A DNA stretch of 64,000 bases, from the NCBI GenBank assembly GCA_947476185.1, contig CANJPX010000008.1, positions 5,693-69,692 on the forward strand, in the 5' to 3' direction. Numbering within the stretch: the stretch's first letter is position 1; each line of letters begins with the position of its first letter. The notes under the pieces are model-generated. The model saw nothing but the letters and a program-made list of their open reading frames with translations, was not told the DNA's origin and did no database searches. The translations under genes were made by a program, and so were the position numbers. This document shows, in pieces, positions 30,888 through 39,749 of the stretch. The DNA comes from Bacteroidota bacterium. Its GTDB lineage: Bacteria; Bacteroidota; Bacteroidia; 2-12-FULL-35-15.

Positions 30888-31691
30888 TTAATGATTTTTA
30901 ATATTTTCTATTTGACTGTAAACAGTAAATTTCTTTTCTCTGCAAAAAGCCATCAGTGTAATTCCTAATTGTTCCGCTAGATCAACAGCAAAAGATGACG
31001 GTGCAGAAACAGCGGCCAAAAATGGAATACCAGCAGCATAACATTTGTTCACAATTTCATAGGATATCCTTCCGCTAACAACTAAACATTTTGCATTCAG
31101 CAATTCTTTTCTATAAAGGAGACTTCCAATCACTTTATCAACTGCATTGTGCCGACCAATATCTTCTTGTATTGCCAAAAGTTTACCACCAATTGTAAAC
31201 GCCGCTGCAGCATGCGAACCACCTGACTGCTTAAAAGTATCCTGAGAAGAGTTCATTTGCTCAAACATCTTCCCAACCATTTCGGGATCTAATTTTTCTG
31301 TAACAATTAAATTCTTTGAATCGTTGGGGAATCCATCCAATTCTGATTTCCCGCAAATCCCACAAGAAGAAGATGAAATAATACTCCTGGAAATTTCCAT
31401 TCCTTTACCAACTTTTTCATTCGGAATTGTTACATCCACATAAGTGACAAAACCTTTACCACTTTTTTCAACAACAGAAATAGTAGGATCTTCATCGATC
31501 TCTGAATATACATTTTCAGAAAACAAAAGCCCACGCACAAGCTCTCTTTCAGATCCTGGCGTGCGCATTGTAACAGTAAAGGGATTTTTATTAATGGTGA
31601 TCTTCAGCGATTCTTCTATAACAAGAACATCGTTGACAGGAAAAAAATTCCCTTCAGAATATTTCCGACCTTTATAAGAGGCTGTACTCAT
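30888..31691 (-). CDS. fdhD: Formate dehydrogenase accessory sulfurtransferase FdhD
   Basis: TMRTPG, SSCGICG, GGSHAAA, EDIGRHNAVDK, SGRISYE, VSAPSS. Confidence 0.95.
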   Translation of the reverse strand: MSTASYKGRKYSEGNFFPVNDVLVIEESLKITINKNPFTVTMRTPGSERELVRGLLFSENVYSEIDEDPTISVVEKSGKGFVTYVDVTIPNEKVGKGMEISRSIISSSSCGICGKSELDGFPNDSKNLIVTEKLDPEMVGKMFEQMNSSQDTFKQSGGSHAAAAFTIGGKLLAIQEDIGRHNAVDKVIGSLLYRKELLNAKCLVVSGRISYEIVNKCYAAGIPFLAAVSAPSSFAVDLAEQLGITLMAFCREKKFTVYSQIENIKNH

Positions 31692-31692
31692 T

Positions 31693-33375
31693 TTATGATA
31701 ATCCAGTTATTTTTCCGTTAGCATCAATGTCCATTCCTTCAGAAGCGGGATTAACCGGTAAGCCGGGCATACGCATCATTTCCCCAAGAATAGGAATTAC
31801 AAAACCTGCTCCAGCTGCAAATTCAAACTCTCTAACTGTAACACTGAAATTTCTCGGTCTACCAATTTTTGCTTCATCATCCGACAACGATTTCTGAGTT
31901 TTAGCCATACAGATCGGTAATTTATCGTAACCCAAAGCCTTGATCGTTTTAAGGCCTGCACGGGCCTTTGCAGAATACTCAATGGTATCTGCTCCATAAA
32001 TTTCGGTGGCTATGATCTTTATCTTTTCCTCGATAGATAAATTCCAATCGTATAAAGGTTTGAAATTATTTTCACCGCTTTCGATCACCTTCACAACTGC
32101 TTTTGCAAGATCCGTTGTGCCTGCTCCACCTTTTGCCCAACATTCTGAAAGCACTGCTTCAACACCATGTTTAGCACATTCTGTTTTAATGAAATCTACT
32201 TCCTCTTTGGAATCACTAATAAAACTATTGATTGCGACAACAGGTTTGATACCGAATTTTAAAATATTCTCGATGTGTTTCTCCAAATTCTCAAATCCTT
32301 TTTTCACGCGTTCCAAACTTGGTGTATTGTATTCCTCTTTTTTTGCTCCACCATGATGGCGCAAAGCTCTGATGGTAGCAACTAAAACAACGGCATTTGG
32401 TTTTAACCCTGCATATCCGCACTTAATGTTCATGAATTTCTCAGCGCCAAGATCAGCACCAAAGCCTGCTTCAGTGACTACATAATCAGCTAAAGACAAT
32501 CCCATTTTTGTAGCGATAATAGTATTTGTTCCTTGTGCAATATTTGCAAAAGGGCCACCGTGAATGATCGCAGGATTTCCTTCGAGTGTTTGAACAAGAT
32601 TTGGTTTGATAGCATCCTTCAATAAAATTGCCATCGCTCCTTGCGCTTTCAAATCTCTGGCAAAGATTGGTTTTTTATCAAATGTATATCCGACAAAAAT
32701 ATTTCCAAGTTTTGTTTTCAAGTCTTCAATATTTCTCGACATACACAAAATGGCCATTACCTCCGAAGCAGGTGTGATGTTAAACCCATCCTGACGAGGT
32801 GTTCCGTTAGTTGTTCCGCCAAGCCCGATAACTATATTTCTAAGTGCACGGTCATTCATATCCATCACACGTTTCCAAACTACAGTACGTGCATCGATAT
32901 TTAAATTGTTCGTTTTATTTTGAATGTTATTATCGATAATAGCTGCCAATAAATTATTCGCCTTTTCAATAGCAGAAAAATCTCCGGTGAAATGTAAGTT
33001 GATATCTTCCATAGGAATAACCTGAGAGTAGCCACCACCGGCAGCTCCACCTTTTATTCCGAATACAGGTCCGAGTGATGGTTCACGCAAAACAACAGTT
33101 GTTTTTTTACCAATGATATTTAATCCTTCTGTCAAACCGATCGAAGTAGTTGTTTTACCTTCACCTGCAGGAGTAGGACTAATTGCTGTTACTAATACTA
33201 ATTTATGTTTCTTTATTTTCTCTTCATCGATAAGTGATAAAGGAAGTTTTGCTTTGTACTTTCCAAAATGTTCAAGGTCATCTACGGCAATACCTAATTT
33301 GCCGGCTATTTCATTAATGTGTTTGATAGTTGCATTTTGTGCGATATCAAGATCTGTCAAAATTGTTTTTGTCAT
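31693..33375 (-). CDS. fhs: Formate-tetrahydrofolate ligase
   Basis: TPAGEGKTT, LREPSLGP.FG.KGGAAGGG, HGGPFANIA, VTEAGFGADLGAEKF, MRMPGLP. Confidence 0.97.
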   Translation of the reverse strand: MTKTILTDLDIAQNATIKHINEIAGKLGIAVDDLEHFGKYKAKLPLSLIDEEKIKKHKLVLVTAISPTPAGEGKTTTSIGLTEGLNIIGKKTTVVLREPSLGPVFGIKGGAAGGGYSQVIPMEDINLHFTGDFSAIEKANNLLAAIIDNNIQNKTNNLNIDARTVVWKRVMDMNDRALRNIVIGLGGTTNGTPRQDGFNITPASEVMAILCMSRNIEDLKTKLGNIFVGYTFDKKPIFARDLKAQGAMAILLKDAIKPNLVQTLEGNPAIIHGGPFANIAQGTNTIIATKMGLSLADYVVTEAGFGADLGAEKFMNIKCGYAGLKPNAVVLVATIRALRHHGGAKKEEYNTPSLERVKKGFENLEKHIENILKFGIKPVVAINSFISDSKEEVDFIKTECAKHGVEAVLSECWAKGGAGTTDLAKAVVKVIESGENNFKPLYDWNLSIEEKIKIIATEIYGADTIEYSAKARAGLKTIKALGYDKLPICMAKTQKSLSDDEAKIGRPRNFSVTVREFEFAAGAGFVIPILGEMMRMPGLPVNPASEGMDIDANGKITGLS

Positions 33376-33574
33376 TTTGCAAGGATTTATTTGTAAATAA
33401 TTATTTTAAAAACTACGTTTTAATAGAAGGCATATTGTTTGAAACTTAGCGAATGTAAACAAAAAGTCAATTATTAACAATGATTCAGACCTGATAAAAC
33501 TCATACATATCATTTCGAGGTTTTTACTAAGAATCTGCACTCTTAATAATCTAAAAGACTTATTTGAAAAGGAT

Positions 33575-33898
33575 ATAAACAATAGGCCTGCCTCAGATAC
33601 CAGCGTATCAACTCATAGCTCTTATTCGCCCTATATTTTTATCCAACCCTTAAAACGAATTTCCATTACAGCAAGTTATCTCTCAAATGTTGGGAATAAT
33701 ATAATTGAAGAAAATGGATATTTATCAAACAACTCTCCATATCTTACAATTTCAAGATTGTCTGCTATGGCTAGTTTCAATATCAGCAAACACTTTTCTT
33801 TATACGGTTTATATCAAATGGAAGACAAAAAAGAAACAGTTCAATTATTTAATTACAAATACAATGTGATCGTTGTGAGTTTATAATTTGTTCCATAA
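33575..33898 (+). pseudogene. Start-less 3' remnant of a probable outer-membrane beta-barrel gene
   Basis: Stop-free frame 33443-33883 with no early ATG/GTG/TTG; alternating beta-strand pattern (ISITASY, MASFNISKHFSLYGLYQ, YKYNVIVVSL*FVP*); 5' boundary uncertain. Confidence 0.55.
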
Positions 33899-33915
33899 TT
33901 GAATCCCATTTCCTA

Positions 33916-36138
33916 TCAAACTCTGACACCGATTACACAAACATCATCCACCTGTTCCAAATTACCTCTCCAATTTTCAAAATTCTCGAGAAGGAGCATT
34001 TTTTGCTGGGCAACAGGCTTATCATGAATTGCCAGAAAATTTTCTTTCATCTGACTGTACTTAAATTTTTTTCCTTTAGTACCTCCAAATTGATCCGCGT
34101 AACCATCTGTAAAAAGGTAAAATGAAGTTCCTTTTTCTAATTTAACATTATGATTAATGAATGGAGTCATCTCATCATTATAGCCTATGCATTGTTTGTC
34201 CGGTTTAAGATCGATCAGTTCTCCATTCTTAATAATATATAATGGATTATTTGCACCGGCCCATTGCAGTTCATTTGTTTTTAGATCCAGCCTTACAATA
34301 GACATATCCATGCCATCATTTGTTTCTTGTTCTCGTCCTGATTGCCTGAATTCCTTAACAATTTTATAACGTAATTCATCAAGAATCTCGGCAGGTGAAA
34401 ATATTTTGCTACTTGCATTTATCTCATTCAAAAACGCAACACCAAGCATGCTCATAAAAGCACCCGGAACACCGTGTCCTGTGCAATCAACAGCTGCCAC
34501 ATAAAACATATTCTCTTTCTCTAATGACCAATAAAAATCACCACTAACAATATCTTTAGGCTTATACAAAATAAAATGTTCAGGTAAATGCTCTGTCACA
34601 TGATCCTCCGTTTTCAATAATGCATCCTGTATTCTTTTTGCATAATTTATGGAATCGATAATACCCTTATTTTTCTCTTCAACAATTTCTTTTTGTTGCT
34701 CAATAATTTTTTTCTGTTCTTCCGTCTGTTTATTTTTCTCTTCGATCAATTTCTTTTGTTTGCGCGCAACTCTTAAGGCTCTGAAAATTAAAGCCACGAA
34801 GATAAAAAGCAGTAACAATCCTGTGGAAACAAAGATCAATATCAATTGTTGCTTTTTATTATTTACCACTGCAAGCGCATCCTTTTTTTCTTGAGTAGCC
34901 TTATTTGCAGCATCTTTTTTCTCATATTCATAAGACATTTCTTTACGAGTGATCTCTTTATCCTTTTCTGTATTGTACAGAGAATCCTTAATAGTTTCTG
35001 CCAGCTGAAAGTGCTTTAGGGCTTTTAAATAGTCCCCAGTCCCCTTATAAAGATCTCTAAGGCAAAGGTGGCATTCCCTGATATCATCCAAGGAGCCTAA
35101 TGTTTCCGCTAATGTCAAGGACCTTTGCAAATAATCGTTTGCCTCTGGATATTTTTTTGTAGTGGTATACAATATCCCAATACTTCTCAAACCGGTAACA
35201 ATTAAACTTTTTACGCCAAGCTCTTCCTTTAATTTTAAAGACTGCATATAATAATCAAGCGCTTTAACATTATCCTTTTCATTGAAATATACATTGCCGA
35301 TATTTCCAAGATGCCGTGCCACACCGCTTCTATTCTGAAGTTCTTCCGACATCTTCAATGCTTTAAAATAATAATCCAAAGCTCTCTTATTGTCATTTTG
35401 TTCAGCATAAACACCACCTAAATTTCCTAAATGCCTGGCAACTCCGCTTTTATTTCCTATCTCCTCATCTATTCTCAAAGCTTGAAGATAATAATCTAGT
35501 GTTTTACCATAATTTTTCAGTTTATAATAAACAACACCAATGTTCCCAAGATCTGTGGAGATTTCTTTCTTCCCACCTATTTCTTCATCTATTTTTAATG
35601 CTTGAAAATAAAAATCGAGGGCTTTTGGATAATCACCCTGTTTACGATATACGATACCAACGTTCCCAAGAACATTTGCCATCAACATTTTTATTCTCTT
35701 TGTGACTAATTCGGTGGAATTCGTATTTGATAAAAGTCCCCGGTAAAGATCAAGGGCTTGAGAATAAAATTGCATTGAAAGAATGTAATCATCCTTATCA
35801 TCATAAAAAGAACCGATCTGATAATAGGAAACACCTTGTCCTAATTTAATTAACTTTTCCAAGGAAGGATCATCATTATTTGCTAGTATTTTTTGGGCAA
35901 GATGAAGCGCTTCGGTACTCAAAAACAAAGCAGTATCAGAATTATTGAAACTCAATTGCCAGGCAAGTGCATTCAGGTGGTTTACTTTTAATGTATCACC
36001 TATACAAGGCAATGAACAATTTGGATGATCTCCTTTTAAAAGAGCCGACAATGAATCAATTTTATTTTGCTGAGCAAAAGTGAAAATGCTAAAAAATAAA
36101 AATGCTAAACAAATAAAGAGTTTTTCAAACGCTTTCAT
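33916..36138 (-). CDS. Membrane sensor: periplasmic TPR array, TM, coiled coil, SpoIIE/PP2C phosphatase
   Basis: Signal peptide, repeated LGN(I/V/L)G.VY...ALDYY TPRs, TM, VSGDFYW, DCTGHGVPG, DGMD, FTDG, DDVCV. Confidence 0.9.
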   Translation of the reverse strand: MKAFEKLFICLAFLFFSIFTFAQQNKIDSLSALLKGDHPNCSLPCIGDTLKVNHLNALAWQLSFNNSDTALFLSTEALHLAQKILANNDDPSLEKLIKLGQGVSYYQIGSFYDDKDDYILSMQFYSQALDLYRGLLSNTNSTELVTKRIKMLMANVLGNVGIVYRKQGDYPKALDFYFQALKIDEEIGGKKEISTDLGNIGVVYYKLKNYGKTLDYYLQALRIDEEIGNKSGVARHLGNLGGVYAEQNDNKRALDYYFKALKMSEELQNRSGVARHLGNIGNVYFNEKDNVKALDYYMQSLKLKEELGVKSLIVTGLRSIGILYTTTKKYPEANDYLQRSLTLAETLGSLDDIRECHLCLRDLYKGTGDYLKALKHFQLAETIKDSLYNTEKDKEITRKEMSYEYEKKDAANKATQEKKDALAVVNNKKQQLILIFVSTGLLLLFIFVALIFRALRVARKQKKLIEEKNKQTEEQKKIIEQQKEIVEEKNKGIIDSINYAKRIQDALLKTEDHVTEHLPEHFILYKPKDIVSGDFYWSLEKENMFYVAAVDCTGHGVPGAFMSMLGVAFLNEINASSKIFSPAEILDELRYKIVKEFRQSGREQETNDGMDMSIVRLDLKTNELQWAGANNPLYIIKNGELIDLKPDKQCIGYNDEMTPFINHNVKLEKGTSFYLFTDGYADQFGGTKGKKFKYSQMKENFLAIHDKPVAQQKMLLLENFENWRGNLEQVDDVCVIGVRV

Positions 36139-36356
36139 ATTGTTCTAGGAATATATAGTTAATATATAGAGAGAGTGTGTTCCAATGCAAATTTATCAAA
36201 TAAATTGAAGAAGTATAGAAATAATGAATATCTATAATAATGAAATTTTAGATATTTCTTTTTTTGAAAGGTAACAATACCAATATTCAAATAACTTCTC
36301 TTAACAGAATAGAAATATAAAAATAGTCTTTTAAAAAGTAGCCTTGTTTTATGAAG

Positions 36357-36428
36357 TGGTCTCGCCCAGAATCGAACTGGGATCAAAAGTTTAGGAAACT
36401 TCTATTCTATCCGTTGAACTACGAAACC
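36357..36428 (-). tRNA. tRNA-Arg (anticodon CCT), CCA not encoded
   Basis: GGTTTCG acceptor pairs with CGAGACC; D arm GTTC..GAAT; anticodon arm GAAGT-TTCCTAA-ACTTT; T arm CCCAG-TTCGATT-CTGGG. Confidence 0.95.
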
Positions 36429-36547
36429 TGTATTTCTTTACTTATTTAATAATTATTTGTGAGGAAATTTCATCCGAAAAGTATTTCGTGAATATACTTT
36501 CACTTTAGCTTGTCAGCAAAATATTTTGAATTAAAAGTAGCTAACGT

Positions 36548-36937
36548 TTACCTTCGGAGCGTTAAAATATATTGAGCAACTTGTCTTATCTCTTCAGCAG
36601 ATAAAACAGCGGGGAATCGGGGGGCATGTATTTTGTTTCCTATCGTTTGAGCTGATGAAATCAATTTCACAGCTTCGTCAACACTTAATGTAGAAATAGA
36701 CAGATCTTTTGCTTCATTGTGTTTCTTTTTTCCATCAATACCATGACACAAAATACATTCAGCATGGTAAATTTTTTCTCCGGCAGAAATCACTTTAGTA
36801 TCTGATTTTTGCATTGTGTCAACAGAAACAACTTTCGCTTCGGTTGCATTAATTTCTGCCACAGGCTGATTTTCATGAGAACAAGAAAACAAAAATGTAA
36901 CACCAAACAATATGGAAAATGGAATAAATATTTTCAT
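36548..36937 (-). CDS. Monoheme c-type cytochrome lipoprotein
   Basis: Lipobox LFSC after MKIFIPF; GEKIY...CILCHG heme motif. Confidence 0.85.
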   Translation of the reverse strand: MKIFIPFSILFGVTFLFSCSHENQPVAEINATEAKVVSVDTMQKSDTKVISAGEKIYHAECILCHGIDGKKKHNEAKDLSISTLSVDEAVKLISSAQTIGNKIHAPRFPAVLSAEEIRQVAQYILTLRR

Positions 36938-37134
36938 AAGTAAAAAGTCATATTTTATCACAACAATGTAGTTATAAAACAAATTTAACTAAATTCTTTG
37001 GTTTAATCCCCCTTTTGAATAGAATTATTGGTTAAGAATACTAAAGAAATGTTCTAAAGTTATATGGATGGCAATTTTGTTACTTGCTCAATTATTAGTA
37101 ATTTTAAATGCTATAAAAAAATTAGCACAACTAA

Positions 37135-38181
37135 ATGAAGTTTACAGCCAAACAAATTGCCGACTTATTGGGTGGAACAATAGAAGGAAATGGAGAAGTT
37201 TCTGTTTCAAATCTTACCAAGATCGAAGAAGGTAAATTGGGAAGTCTTTCTTTTTTGTCAAATTCCCTTTATACTCCTTTCATATACGAAACAGATGCTT
37301 CAGCTGTTATTGTAAACAATGCTTTAATTCTGGATAAACCTGTAAAATCAACACTTACACTTATTCGTGTCGATGACCCCTACACCAGTTTTGCAAAATT
37401 ACTGGAAGTCTATCATCAATTCAGACATAACAAAAAAGGTATTGAACAACCCTCCTTTATTTCTGCAAGTGCAAAACTTGGGAATGACTGCTACATTGGA
37501 GCTTTTGCATATATCGGAGAGAATGTTAGCATTGGAAATAATGTAAAAATATATCCTCATTGTTATATTGGCGACAATGTTACAATTGGAAATGACTGCA
37601 CTTTTTTTTCAGGAGTAAAAATATATCATGACTGCATACTAGGAAATGATTGCACCATACATGCGAGCACCGTTGTTGGTAGCGACGGCTTTGGTTTTGC
37701 TCCCAATGCAGATAAGAATTATAAAAAAGTTCCACAGATTGGCAATGTGATCATTGAGGACCATGTAGAAATTGGTTCAAATACTTCTATTGATAGGGCA
37801 ACTATGGGTTCAACTATTATCAGAAAAGGCACAAAATTGGATAATCTAGTTCAAATTGCTCACAATGTCGAATTAGGTGAAAATTGTATTTTGGCCGGAG
37901 GCGCATTTGTTGCCGGTTCAACAAAACTTGGCAATAATGTTATGATGGGTGGCCAATCCGGAGTAATCGGACATATTAAAATTGCTAACGGCGTAAAGAT
38001 CGCAGGTCAATCGGGAGTTGGCAACAGCATCGAAACCGAAGATTTGGTAGTACAAGGTTCTCCGGCATTTGCAATAGGTGACTACCAAAGAAGCTACGTT
38101 CTTTTCAGAAGTTTTCAAAAACTGAATGACAGGATTCGCACGCTTGAAAAAGAGATTAAAAAATTAAATCTTCCCCAATAG
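37135..38181 (+). CDS. lpxD: UDP-3-O-acylglucosamine N-acyltransferase
   Basis: Hexapeptide repeats, [36 protein letters not shown]. Confidence 0.95.
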   Translation: MKFTAKQIADLLGGTIEGNGEVSVSNLTKIEEGKLGSLSFLSNSLYTPFIYETDASAVIVNNALILDKPVKSTLTLIRVDDPYTSFAKLLEVYHQFRHNKKGIEQPSFISASAKLGNDCYIGAFAYIGENVSIGNNVKIYPHCYIGDNVTIGNDCTFFSGVKIYHDCILGNDCTIHASTVVGSDGFGFAPNADKNYKKVPQIGNVIIEDHVEIGSNTSIDRATMGSTIIRKGTKLDNLVQIAHNVELGENCILAGGAFVAGSTKLGNNVMMGGQSGVIGHIKIANGVKIAGQSGVGNSIETEDLVVQGSPAFAIGDYQRSYVLFRSFQKLNDRIRTLEKEIKKLNLPQ

Positions 38182-38197
38182 CCTGCTTTCCTTTGTT

Positions 38198-39052
38198 ATG
38201 ACTCCGAACAAATTTATAGATATTGATAAAGTACTGAAGGAAAAAGCCCCCGGTCTTAAAAAGTGGATGCCCCGCTTTGCCCTTAATTGGCTGAAAAGGA
38301 AATTACACGAAGATGATATCAATGTCATAATGCATGAAATAAAAGATATCTATGGCGTTGAATTTAACAATAAAGGATTAGAAAAATTAGGTGCTAAAAT
38401 TGAATCTACAAATTCACATTTTATACCAAAAGCAGGAGGAATAATACTTGCAGCTAACCACCCTCTTGGTGGATTGGATGGAATGGCATTTGTAAAAACA
38501 ATTGCTGAAGTAAGACCCGATATTCATTTTGTTGTAAATGATGTATTAAAAAATTTAAAAAATTATGGTGATGTTTTTATCGGCATCAATAAGATAAAAA
38601 CCACTTCCGCAACTTCCCTGAGAACGATTGAAAGCGTTTTATTGACGGAGGAAGCAATAGGGTTTTTTCCTGCAGGTTTAGTTTCCAGAAAACAAAAAGG
38701 AGTGATCATGGATCTGGATTGGAAAAAAAGTTTTGTCACACAAGCCATCGATCACAAAAGAATGATCGTGCCTGTATTCATCGAAGGGCAAAATTCAAAA
38801 TTTTTTTACAACTTCGCAAGGTTCCGAAAACGAATTGGTGTAAAGGCAAATATCGAAATGCTTTTTTTGCCTGATGAAATGTTCAAACAAAAAGACCGTA
38901 CCATTAAAGTGCATTTCAGCAAAGCTTTTGACCCCGCAATTTTAGATAAAAGCAGATCCCATAAAGGCTGGGCGGATCACATCAAGAAATATATTTATTC
39001 TGAAGAATTCAAAAAAGGAATCCCCTTTGAAGAATATATGAATCTAAAATAA
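38198..39052 (+). CDS. PlsC-superfamily acyltransferase
   Basis: ANHPLGGLDG (HxxxxD) and FFPAGLVSR motifs. Confidence 0.85.
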   Translation: MTPNKFIDIDKVLKEKAPGLKKWMPRFALNWLKRKLHEDDINVIMHEIKDIYGVEFNNKGLEKLGAKIESTNSHFIPKAGGIILAANHPLGGLDGMAFVKTIAEVRPDIHFVVNDVLKNLKNYGDVFIGINKIKTTSATSLRTIESVLLTEEAIGFFPAGLVSRKQKGVIMDLDWKKSFVTQAIDHKRMIVPVFIEGQNSKFFYNFARFRKRIGVKANIEMLFLPDEMFKQKDRTIKVHFSKAFDPAILDKSRSHKGWADHIKKYIYSEEFKKGIPFEEYMNLK

Positions 39053-39086
39053 AATTCGGATATTTCACAGCAGTGAATTCCTATTT

Positions 39087-39749
39087 CTAAAATTCACTTA
39101 TTGCGATCAGCAATTCTTTATTTTCACTGATCCACAACATCAGACTGTTATTGCGGGGAGGTAATTGCAGCTTCTGACAAATTTTAGAACGGTAATTTTC
39201 TACTGTTTTTTCGGAAAGGAACAAAAGTTCGGCTACCTCTTTTGTGGATTTATTCTGACTCACCAACTTTAATGTTTTTATTTCTGCCTGACTCAAGTTC
39301 TTCAATAAAAATATCAATTCAGCCTTCTTTTTATCTTCTTCTACAAAATCTGAATAATAGGATTGTAATTCAGGTCCTATGTATTTTTCATTTTTAGAAA
39401 CTTTTTCGATGCAATCAACGATCTCATTCGCAGCAAAGTCTTTTAGCATATAGCTGAATGCACCTGAATCCATAGCCTTCTTCACCATCTCTCTATCACG
39501 ATACATTGTTAAAATAACAATTCTGGTAGACAACTTTTCTTTTGTAACAATTGTAGAAACTTCCAAGCCATTTAATTCCGGCATATTAATATCAAGAATT
39601 GAAATAGAAGGTTTTTCTTTTTTGATCGCCTCTAAAGCTTCCTTACCATTTTTGCATTCGATGATTTGAATATCAGAAAATGAACTTTCGAGAATATCTC
39701 TCAGTCCTTTTCTAAAAATCGGATGATCATCTGCAATTAAAAGTTTCAT
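39087..39749 (-). CDS. NarL/LuxR-family response regulator
   Basis: ADDHP, LDINMP, LTM; HTH LSQAE...STKEVAELLFLSEKTVENYR. Confidence 0.93.
   Translation of the reverse strand: MKLLIADDHPIFRKGLRDILESSFSDIQIIECKNGKEALEAIKKEKPSISILDINMPELNGLEVSTIVTKEKLSTRIVILTMYRDREMVKKAMDSGAFSYMLKDFAANEIVDCIEKVSKNEKYIGPELQSYYSDFVEEDKKKAELIFLLKNLSQAEIKTLKLVSQNKSTKEVAELLFLSEKTVENYRSKICQKLQLPPRNNSLMLWISENKELLIAISEF

Noticed and set aside
30820..30892. Rex operator upstream of the hydC-like gene
   Set aside because: Only a TTGTGA half-site; no properly spaced TCACAA partner
36159..36386. 75-aa ORF
   Set aside because: Starts inside the tRNA gene; low-complexity AT-rich translation
36357..36428. tRNA-Arg as an island integration site
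   Set aside because: No duplicate of the tRNA 3' end and no integrase seen in the window
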